Both the position numbers and the translations under genes were made by a program. The notes beneath the pieces were generated by a model that saw only the letters and a list, made by a program, of their open reading frames with translations, was not told where the DNA came from and did no database searches. Source: Camelus ferus (Eukaryota). Taken from it: DNA of 64,000 bases. Below, in pieces: positions 15,101 to 27,100 of this stretch (position 1 is the stretch's first letter; every line of letters starts with the position of its first letter). The stretch is from NCBI RefSeq assembly GCF_009834535.1, contig NC_045696.1, positions 57,538,001-57,602,000 on the forward strand, in the 5' to 3' direction.

Positions 15101-18100
15101 TGGAAAACAGATTAACTGGTCTTACCCCATGTGCCTCTACTTAACCACTAACTTAAAAAGATAAGGTAACTATTTTTTTAATTGGCAAAAGTCTTCTGAA
15201 ATGTAGTTATATATGTTGCCAATAGAAAATAAGGATAGATAAAATTATATTTGAAATATTCTGAAATTCAATGTCTGATGAAATCAAAGGATTGGAGCAA
15301 GTCAGAGTATGTGTGTTTGAGGGAGGGATAATAAATTAGAAAAGGCAGGGGATATTTTTTTGTGTCTCTCCTCTGATATCTATGCTCTGCCCTAGTTTGC
15401 TATTTCCAACCGTTTCAAGAACCGTTCTGGGGACGTTCCAAAGCGAGAGCATTGGCTGGACTGGGCAGCTGAGAAATACCCAGTAAGTTGGAACTGCAGA
15501 AACATCTGATGCCTCCATGGAATCTTTCCTAATGTCCAAACTGATTCCCTCCTGCTATATTCTTTTACTGTTCTGGGCCACTTCTACTCTAAGCAAGAAA
15601 ACCCTATCTGGCAATTCAACCTGTTCCATCTTCCCTCTTCTTGTAGAAGCAGCTCATTTTGGATGTGAAGGCACTGACCAGGGTACTATTCCTTTATATC
15701 CCACTGCCTATGTTCTGGGCTCTTTTGGATCAGCAGGTAAGAATAGTTCTTTTGAAAGCTACCCCTTCCTCTAACTCCTTCCCTCTTACAGGAAAGAGTT
15801 TTCTCATAATAGCGTCTGTTTGCCCTAGGGCTCACGGTGGACTCTGCAAGCCACCAGGATGAATGGGAATTTGGTGAGTAGAAGAGATTTTTCCAGAGAA
15901 GTCCTATCATTTTCTTTATAATCCATATTAAGAAAAAACTTCTTTGTGTTATCGCCTGAAAACTGACATAAGGTCATAAGAGAGATGCCATTAGCATGAA
16001 AGTACTGAGTAAGCAAAGTAAAGAAAGCTAGTCTAGAAATAAAAGCCAGAATCTTATCTTTAAAAATCAGGAACATAGGGTGGGAAAGATTTATTCATTT
16101 GTAGGATAAGTTGATTAGATTTTATTTGTTTATTTATTTTTTTAAACAGGGGACTGAACTGGGGATTGAACCCAGGACCTCGTGCATGCTAGGCATGGGC
16201 TGTACCACTGAGCTATACCCACCCCCAAGGTGGGGGGAGATTTAAACATATACAAGGAAGCCTTGAGAGGATAGCAAATGAAGTGATAGAGTACCTGGGG
16301 GAGTGGTTGTTTTCTTTCATCTAAACCTGACCAGGGCACAGCAGGGACAGGTTTGATTGCTGCTCCTACACAATTGTCCCCATCTCTCAGGCAGGGCTCA
16401 CGGCAGAGGACCGGAAGTGGGATATTTTGTACATGGATTTGGAAATAACGAGAAAATTGTAAACATTATTTTCTCTTTTTCCAATTTCCATTCTTTGGCA
16501 AAGTCTGCCCTCAGTTGTTCCACTTCCTAGATTACTGTATTGTTTTCCTACTATTTGTGAGGAGGGAGGGTGGAATGATGCCAGGGTTTTATAAACCATC
16601 TATTTGGAGCTTGCCTAATATAATTTCACCTTTTCCCTTCCTCTGGTTGTCCAGGATTTACCATGGTTGTCCTCTTTTTGACCCCCTGGAGAAAAACTTC
16701 AGAAACAATATGTGTCAGTGGGAGTCTTCCCCCAGCCATGATGTCTTGTCCTTCACATCATTATCACCTATGACTGCAGTTACTGTGATTAATAAAAACA
16801 CACTGACTCTATTTTCTCTCAAGTTGAGGAAAGGATGGTTCACAAAAAATAAGATTCTCCCTTAGGCCCATCTGCCTTCAGCAAACATAGCCTTAAACTA
16901 TTCCCAGTCTGTTTCCCCACGTATCCTTACAAGGGACAATAGGCCCTGAAGCGAAGATCTGTTGGATTTTATCCTATGCCTTTCACCAGCTAATTAGCAA
17001 GATTGTTGATCTAGGCCCTTTCTGTCTTCAGGCCACCATCTAACTGTGATTTGTTGTAACATTTCAGGGTTTCTTTGTGCTTCAGCCTGACCAGATGCAG
17101 GTAGGAGACTTGTGCATAGTCATTGGGACGTGTTTCTTTCCTCATCTATACCTCTACCAGTAGTAATAGGATTACTAGCCATAATTTGAAGTTTTTTCCC
17201 TTGTATGCTGAGAAGGGGTAAACATATGGATGAAAATATTCTCTTTAACCTCCACAGTTCTCTTTTACATCCTCTGTTACATCCTGCCCAACTTCAGGGA
17301 GACTGAGTTTTGAGCTCACAGGAAGAGTATAAGCACTGGATTCCCCCCTCCCCCCATGTTAAGTATCATGGAAATATTGTCAAAGAAATTGTAAGACTTT
17401 GTTGTGTGAGCAGCAAAGTGGGAATCTCTGTTTGTTGGTGACTCCCAGTTATTTTTTTAACCCCTTATTCAACAGTGCCCAGTTCTTCCTTCTCTCCTTC
17501 CTTTCTCCTGGCCATGACATTTTCCCCTGAGCTGTGGAACTGGAGAAGATAAGTGAAAATGGAAGGGGAGAACTCCCAACTGATTGGCAGAAAAACAGGT
17601 TCAGAGTGAAACTAGTTCCTTGGAATATTTGGAAGCTAATGTGCTATGCAAGGGAAACAGTCTTGGGTGTAAAGGGATTGAGAGACGTGGAATCTTTCTG
17701 TGCTTAGTATGATGAAAGTGTGTTTGGATGTGAGAGTGTGCGCGTGCAAATGAGAGCACATATTCACACTCATAGAAAGCTTGTGACTAATCCCTTTTCA
17801 CTGTGACATTACAGGTACTAAATCCCTTTCTGGTTCTTATCTTCATCCCATTGTTTGACCTTGTCATTTATCGTCTGGTTTCCAAGTGTGGAATTAATTT
17901 CACGTAAGTGTTCACTATGTCTGTGTTTCTCCAAACTGACTCAATACTTGCCCAGTTTGATAAAGATTCAATGTCTTTTCTACTTCATGATGATTTGTTT
18001 GGGTTTATCATTTTTCTGCTTCTTATTATCCATGTTAGTTTAAATGCCTATTAATGGTGGAGGATGGGAATTGAATCTAATTAATTCTTATTATAGAGAG

Positions 18101-21100
18101 CCCGAGCCATTACTGCAGACTTACCTGCATGATGTTGAAGGGTTAGGACCAAGACTAAGCTTGGTGGAAAGTCAACATTATGTGAGATTAGGCTCTGAAA
18201 CCAACTTGTTACTTTGTTCTTGAATGTTGCCTCTTCAAAGTCTAAAGCCATTGATGATAACTAATTCCATTAAATCTCCTATTGTCCCTATGAAACAAAT
18301 GGAGGACCTCTTAAGAGTGGGATAGAATTGTCCCTAATTACTGCTTTCCCTCATTCTAAATAGAGAAGTGTTATTCTTTGTGAAGTTTGACAGAGGAGGG
18401 TCTTAAGTCTCCTAATTTCTGCTTTAATAACAATTTCCTTTTGCTAACCATTGTCATATTCAAATGACCTTTTGTCATTCACTCATTCATGGAGCAGATT
18501 TTTTTAATCCAGCACCAAGTGCTATGCAGATGTAAGAGCACAAACCTTGCTCTTAAGGAGTTTACTCTTTAGGAAGGGAGCTGGAAAATACTGCAGTTAA
18601 TTATTGCACAAGGTGAAATATGTTAAGTGCCCTAAGAAGGGGGGCAAAGTGCCAAGGAAATGTAGAGATGGAAGAGAGTGCTCCCTGCGGCCAGGCTCAA
18701 GAAAGGCTTCTGAAGACTAGGAAAAGAAGATAATAATATATAGTGACTGGTATATGCTAGTGTTTAATAAATCTGGGTATATTACTATTATTTTTGTTAT
18801 TATGACATAATGGATAGAAAAATCATCATAAACAAAGGTAGAGGTGGGAAAATGTAGTGTATTACAGAGAACAGTACAATGTGACTTAAGCAGGGGTAGA
18901 AGGAAGAATGTGTGAAGGGGAGTTCTAGGAAATACTTTGAAAAGTAATTGGGACCAAATTAGGTAGGCTTAGGGGGTTTAGATTGTATCTTTTAGAGTCT
19001 AGAATTTAGATTTAATTGTCTCTCCCTTTCCTCTACAGATCGCTTAGGAAAATGGCTGTTGGCATGATCCTAGCATGCCTGGCATTTGCAGTTGCTGCAG
19101 CTGTAGAGATAAAAATTAATGTGAGTTCAGTAAATCTTAAGCTTCATGAGAGCAGGACCATGTCTATTTTGTTCACTCTTCTGACTTATTCAATCTTGAT
19201 TCCCTGAGCCCTAGCACAGTACCTGTTTTAAAGAAGGTGCATGAGAAGTATTTGAGGCAAATGAGTGGATACAGGGGTAGAGCAGCAGTGCAAAATGAGG
19301 CCCACCTCCCACCTGAGTGATTCAGAATATATTGTCAAGGAATTTCCAAAACACCAATATCCAAGATATATAACCGTATCTTTATTACCTTATGAGATAC
19401 TGAAACAAATACCTTTTGGCTTATTGAATTGCTGCTATTGGGGAATGATGTATGAGGCCACAGTTGAGTCAAAAATCATGGAGTTTGCTACCTGACATCA
19501 GTGCCTGCTACATTAAGCTGGTGATTCCCCCTCCAAATTGCCTTTACAGTTTTCTAAGCCAAAAGCTCGTTAGAGGTAGAAAACTGTGTCCTCCTGATTA
19601 GATGAGCTAGGCTGTCAAGGTAGGACTGAGGTATGTGTTCTCATTGTATCTGAAGGGTTATTTATTGGTAATTCTGACATGTGTTCTCTGTCCTAAGGAA
19701 ATGGCCCCACTCCAGCCAGATTCCCAAGAGATGTTCCTACAAGTCTTGAATCTGGCAGATGATGAGGTGAAGGTGACAGTGCTGGGAGATAAAAACAATT
19801 CTCTGTCAGCAGAGTCCATCAGACCCTTTCAGGTGATGTATGGACTTGAATGAATTAGAAACACATTCAGATTATGCACCAAGGTGGCAGTGTAATACTG
19901 CAGTTAAAAGCATGCTGTTGTGGAGTCAGACTTCCCCACGCCAATTCTGGTTCTACCACTCCTTAGCTATAGGACCCTGAACAAGTTATTTTTATCTCTA
20001 GTCTTCAGTTTTAGCATCTGTATAATGGCAATAATTTTTATGTCATAAGCTTCTGTAAAGATAAATATTATATGTAAAGTGCTTAGCATAGTATCTGGGA
20101 CATTATAAGCTATCAATAGGTTGTAATGTGTATTAATATTTCAAACTGCCTCCTAATCACACATCCTCTGGAAGAATTTGGCTTGTATATTTTCACTACT
20201 ATGCTATACATATTCTGAAATATTTATTTTAAAATATTTTTAAATAATAAAAGTAATATACATTTATTGTGAAAATTGGGGAGTATGTAGAAAGATTTAA
20301 AAACCACTTATAACTCCATCACCCAGAGATAACCATAGTTCACATTTTTGTATAAATACGTAAATAAACTAATTTTTTAAAGTGCTGACTGTATGCTGTA
20401 TCGACCTTGATTTCTTTCTTAACATTAATTGCATTATAAACATTTTTCCATGTCCTTAAATAAATTTTGAGAACCTAATTTTAATGGATACAAAATATTA
20501 CATTCTGTGGATATACCACGGTTTAGTAAAATATTTCCTTGTAGGTATTTAAGGTTTTTTTTTTATTATTATACATAATTCTATAATGAACATCCTTACT
20601 CATAAATCTTCATACAAGCTTCTAATTATTCTTAGGGTATAGTCCTAGAAATAGAATTACTAAGTTAAAGGGTAATGGTGAAAGTATCTGATGAGGGCAC
20701 CTGCCCTGGGATGCTATGAGATTGTGATGTCCAAGATAGGGTAGAAGTTGAGTGTGACAGGTTCTTCATTCTACAGAAAATGCCACACTATTCCAAACTC
20801 CACCTGAAGACAAAAAGCCAGAATTTCCACTTCCAACTGAAATATCAAAATTTGTCTGTCTACACTGAGCATTCCGTGGAGGAGAAAAAATGGTACAGTC
20901 TGATCATTCGAGAAGATGGAAAAAATATTTCTAGCATGATGGTAAGTTGAAGAATGGCCTAGTGTCCAAATTATCTTAAGAGTATGATGACTGGCTGATT
21001 AATATCTTACCAAGGATATGCCTGATTATCAGATTTTCTGATTATCAGTTCCCTCTTTCAGCTGTAACTGATTTTTACTTCCCTCTCTTGTAGGTGAAGG

Positions 21101-24100
21101 ATGCAGAAAACCAAACAACCAGTGGGATGACAGCTGTGAGGTTCGGATGTCAAGGAGACCCAGACCACTCTGTTCTCTTGAATCTTGGGTCTCTTCTAAT
21201 CTGTGTGGCTTCACATGAAGAGGCCTTACATTCTACTTGTTTTGTGCAGGGATTCTCTCTCCTAGAATGTTAGGGGCATTGGTGTCAGAAGCCATTTCAG
21301 GACTGTGAGGGGCAAATAGGCTTGCTTTCTCATCTGATATTCAAAGATGACCCTGTATCTAGGTATGCCCCCTGTGCTCTGGTATTTAAATCCCTTCTGC
21401 TGAATTTTATCTGCTCATCTTGCTGTCAGGAAAATAATTGAGTACTTTCTTCTCTGTGATCACCAGAGAGAAATTCAGAAGTGAGCAAATATTCGTCCCT
21501 TCATTGTTGGTAGTTCAATATCTTGTATAGTTACCATGTTTTTAAAACTTAAAATAAACCTATAGGGGCATCATGCTATAGTAAAGATAACATACTTGGA
21601 GTCAAAAGATTTGTTTTTGAATCTAGATAAGGCTAAAGGTCTCGTTAGACAGCCTGGAACAGTTGGAGAGATGGAGCCCTGAGAGGTCACCTGCTCTCTG
21701 TGGCAAGAATCTGACATGAAATAGATGCATGTGCCTGTGGCCATCAAGGTTAGATGGTTGCTGTTGAGAATAGTATTTTAGAGAACTTTAAATGAAAAAT
21801 TAGAATTTCACTGATGGGTGGAATAGTCATAATCATTTGCTATTGAATATGCTTCAGAAAAAGTATACAAATCAAAAGAAGTAAGACAACAATGAGGACA
21901 GGACTTCCCTGGGTCAGAGAGCAATAGGAACCTCCAGAGGGGTGAAAGGGGGCTATTTCTAGGTTAGTGCAGGGTGATCAGAAATCCAGGAATCAATATC
22001 AAGGATTCCAGAGGGAACTGCCCTTCTAATCCACATGGGTCAGGGACCAAGGCAAATGCTACCAAAAACCCAAACTGAGGAAGCAATTTAGGGGCACAGG
22101 TTCAAAAACTAGAAAGATGATTCTGGAAGAGTCCAGGGTTGTCTGCAGACGCCAAACAATGATAACTCAACCTACTGTGGGCTGAGAGTCTGAGTTTTGT
22201 GAAAGTCAAATCAGACTTCATTTGTAAGAGAATAAAGTATCAATTTTATGTAAATACCAGTATACATTTATATACACCTAATTATTTTTCTTAGTAGGGT
22301 CTCAGTTGATGAATTCCACTATTATAAGAGGGAGAGAAATTGGGTGCACCTAAGATGGGTTAGTGAGGGTACTCAGACTGCCGTGGGTGATCATGGTAGT
22401 GTCCATCCCAGCTTGAGATCAGGTGAGAATATGACAGATAAAAAGCTAATACCCAAGGAAAGAGAATGTGAGGGACAGCTAAGACTACTGATTACTTCTT
22501 ATGTGTGAGTTCATTTATTCACCCAGTTAACAATATATATCATGTACCTTTTATGTGCCAGCCATTGTTCTAGGCACTAGAGATACAGTGGTAAACAAAA
22601 CAGAAAAGGCCCCTGCCCTTTTACCACGTGTCCCTGCTTGGGAGAGTTTGTCTGATCTGTAACAATGTCTCCACACTTAGGTTTGTTAACACTTTGCATG
22701 AAGAGGTCAACATCTCCCTCAGTACAGACACCTTCCTTAGTGTTGATGAAGACTACGGCGTGTCTGCTTACAGGACTGTGCGAAGAGGAGAGTAAGAGCA
22801 TTACCCTTGTGGACATTTTACTTTTAGCAACAACTGTTTTTTAAGTGCTTTTTTTGCATATGGGTGGGAGGATTGGGTACATCTCAGCTAATTTTGAACA
22901 TTACAGTCTCCTGCTCTTTCTCAACCCTTGCCCCCTTCCCTCAGTCTCACCTTTTTCGGCGCCAATACATTGAGGCCATGACTGCCGTGAAGGCCATACT
23001 GTATGGTTAACAAGGCCACCTATGGGAGGTCTGCCAAATTTATTTTGGCTCCCTCCCCTGCCCTTTGGGAACTCCTACTGGCACCTCATCACTTCGAGCT
23101 TATCCTTTCAGGTTCACTGTTTTGTTTTGTTTTTATGCTGTTGCACTAATTCATAAGACCTAGAAGAGAAAAATTCAGATTTTGATGAGAAGACTTAAAA
23201 GTCTGAAGTTCACAAAAAAAAAAAAGGCAATTTGTGCCTTCTTCATTCAGGTTTAAGGTTAAAAAAAGAATACCAGACCAGGCACTGAAGAGCTCAGATC
23301 AGGGGTAGAAAAACCTGGCATGACAATAATTTACTCTGAGACTCCTCTCTTCAAAGAGAAATGGTAGCTTCTCTGCTTGATTCACCATCAGTGGAGAGAT
23401 GAAATCACTCTTTCCCCCAGAGGTGGGAGTGCTTTTCTAAATTGTCATGTTTATTCTAACCTAAACTTGTCCTGTTCCAGATATCCTGCGGTGCGCTGTA
23501 GAACAAAAGATGAGAACTTTTCACTCAATTTGGGTCTACTAGACTTCGGTGCAGCTTATCTGTTTGTTATCTCTAATGTAAGTAGCTCATGGCTACCCTC
23601 ACCATCTCCTTCCGTATAACTGTATTTATATTTATATCTATACAACAGTATTTATACCATATATATATGTATCTATATCTATAGTCTATGTATATCTGCA
23701 TCTGTATCTATACTGAGATACAAAGAAGATTCTGTGGCAAGACAGAATTACATACTTATTTCTAGTGTAAGGTGATAGGTTCTGTAGTGACTTTAGACTA
23801 AGGTCTCCATGTGGGATGTTAAAAGTGAACACATTGGCCACAGGCACAGGGGTCTTGGGGAATGGTAGACATATTTTATCACTAAATATGTTAGCTATGG
23901 GTTTTTCATAGATGTCATTTATCAGGTATCAGGTTAAATTCCCTTCTGTTTCTAGTTTGTTGAGGTGTTTGTTTGCTTACCATGAAGGAGGGTGTTGAAC
24001 TTTGTCAAGTGGTTTTTCTGTGTCTATTGAGATATTAGTGTGGTTTCCTATTGATATGGTATATTATATTAATTGATTTTCAGATATTAAGCCAACCTAG

Positions 24101-27100
24101 ATGTATGAGTTTTCTAGGGCTGCCGTAACAAAGTACACAAGCTGAGTAGCTTCAACAAGAGAAATTTATTCTCTTATAGTCATGAAGGGTTACAAGTCCA
24201 AGATCAAGTGTGGGTAGAGTTGGTTCCTTCTGAGAGCTATGAGGAAGAACCTGTTTGATTTAGCTTCCTTTAACTTCTAGTGGTTTTCTGGCAATTATTT
24301 GGTGTTTCTCTGGCACCCCAATCTCTGCCTTCATTCTCTCTTGTAGTTCTCCCTTTATGTTTGTCAATGTCTAAATTTCTCTTGTGAGAACACCAGTCAT
24401 ATTGGATTAGGGCCCACCCTAATGACCTCATTTTAACTTGACTAATTATATCTTCAGCAGCCCTGGTTCCAAATAAGATCACATTCTCAGGTGCTGTGGG
24501 ATTAGGACTTCAACATATGAGTTTTAGGGGGACACAACTCAACCCATACCACTTGCATTCCTGGTGTTATTCCATTTTTTATTTACTCTGTCTCTCATAT
24601 ACTGCTCAAGAAACAGGCCATATGTATTGTTTCTGAATGCCAGGATCTAATATGTTATCTAGAGTAGAGGTCGTAAATTAGAGGCCTGGGGGCCCAGTTC
24701 CTCACGTAGCCCAGTATTCTTCATTCTGCAGTCTTGACCAAAATAGTCATTATTAATATTAATTGACAATATTTAAAATTCAAAAGATTTCACCTCAGAA
24801 GATGGATTCCAAACATTTCTTAAAAGCAAAATCAGAAGATTTTGTAACAGGTATTACCATGTCAGTTGGCTGGTGCTGTAGTGGCTGCACCCTTAGATGG
24901 GGCCTGTACCGTCCAGTTCACCATGGTCCCTCTCATTCCTATTCAGCCCACTTTGTTTACTCAATTACCTGCTTGTGGGTATTTGAGAATGTGGCTCTGG
25001 TTTAGAAGCTCAGGTCATGGTCTTCTCTTAGGCTAAGAAAACCCAAACATATGCCCAGGTATTGTTCACAATATGAACTAAAGCAACTTTGCTTTACATA
25101 TTTTGAACACAGTGGCCCTTTGACTCAGAGAATCAAGGGCATTGGGCATCAAAGACTTTTGATTTCAAGGACTTTTGACCCTGATGTTTCAACTCTGCCA
25201 CTTTTATCTCATGATATATCCAGATATTATACCTAATACCTAGAAACACCTACTACCTAATAACTTGGCTTTACTTCAGGAAAAATATATAATTTCAAAA
25301 ATTTAATTCCATTTATAATAAGAAATATTAGTAGATATAATCTATATAAAATAAGACCAACTATAACTAAAAGCCTGCATATAGTAAATGTAATTTTAGA
25401 CAAAAAAAGATTGTAGAATCATGTATACTTGGTAACATTAGTGACCAAAAAAGAGAACTTGAAAAAATTCTGACCAAAATTTTACAGAAAAATTGCACCT
25501 TTTTGACATAATTTGAATGTGTAAGATTTGAGTTCAAAAATAATGGCCAGTAAATAGAATTCAAAATAGCAGGTAGAATTTGATATGTATTTTTAAAAAT
25601 TGATCAAGAAAATCTTCAATGTAAGGGTTACCAAGAAAATAATCCATTCTGATAAAAGTAATTTTAATAAAATAAATATTTAATTAGAAAATGTTAGAAA
25701 CAGTTTAATTGTACTTAGCTAGAAAATTGAACAAGGAGTTAAACTTTTCTTAAGTACATGCTTTCAGAAAAGTCATTGTGTTTGTATCATTCAGATGCTG
25801 TTTTACATTTAAAATGTTTACCAGGATCAAACTACCCAATAGGTCAAAATGGTGGGTATCCAAACTATAGTATCAAAATATTCTGCCATTTAAGGACTCT
25901 GCAGTAATGGTTTCTGATTGACTGAAGCCAGGTAAATGAGTGCAGGGTTACAAAATGAATTTCAGGAAACTGAAATTGTGTAGAAACTGCTTAATCTCTT
26001 GATGGTGGCAAAAGGGTGACAATACAAAGAGGGTATAGATATAAGGTCATAAAATGCTGTAGGCCAGGAATATTTACTTGAGACTGCTAACAAGCCCATT
26101 TCTTCTTTCCTTCACCAAGAGCACCAGTCAGGGTCCTCAGGCCTGGAAGATGGAATACATCCCAGCCAACAAAATGTCCATTGCATGGCAGCTACCACAA
26201 TATGCCCTTGTTACAGCTGGGGAGGTCATGTTCTCTGTCACAGGACTTGAGTTCTCTTATTCTCAGGTAGGTTTTTGCAAGTGGAAAGTGGAGGGGGAGC
26301 TATTGCTCAGAAAACAGTTTTAATACTGGCACTGCCTTAGTTAGGTATGTGACCCTGGCCAAGACCTGCATATTTTTTGGCCTTCGATTCCTCATGATCC
26401 TGAACAGAGTGTAAGCTTGACTCCCAGGATCTTGGTAGGATGGATCCCTATGCTGTGTTCCCTGTGTCCGTGATCCAGCAAAGGATACTTTAACATGAAA
26501 AATAAGGGTTGTGGAGTCAAACTGCCCATGTTCAAATTTTGGCTGCACAAATGTTGTGTAACCTTGAGCAAGTGCATTGTCATCTCTCTAATGGTATTTT
26601 TCTTTATGTATAAAATAATACTAATAGGACTTATCTCAGGGTTGTAATGAAGATGATATGATATAATGAATTTAAATACTCAATTAAGAGCCCCATCTTA
26701 TATTACTATTAACATTTTTACCATCCCATGAATCAATGTGACAGCTGAACTTACTGGGGGAAGTTCAAATCTGGAAGTTTTTGTGGGAGAAGTTTTCTGG
26801 ATAGATGCATGCGGTTTGAGGAAGGAGTACTCACAAATCCGTATCCTCCCCAGGCTCCCTCTAGCATGAAGTCTGTACTCCAGGCAGCCTGGCTGCTGAC
26901 AGTTGCAGTTGGGAATATCATCGTGCTTATTGTGGCCCAGTTCAGTGGCCTGGTACAGGTATGCATCTGATGGAAGCAGGAGCTCGTGACTACCCAAGGA
27001 TTTCTGTCCAGCTTCCTTTTTCCCCTCTTCCCCCAACTCTCTGCCTCCTCATTCCCCACTCAGCCCTCTGACGTGGGATTAGATACACACAGACATTGCC

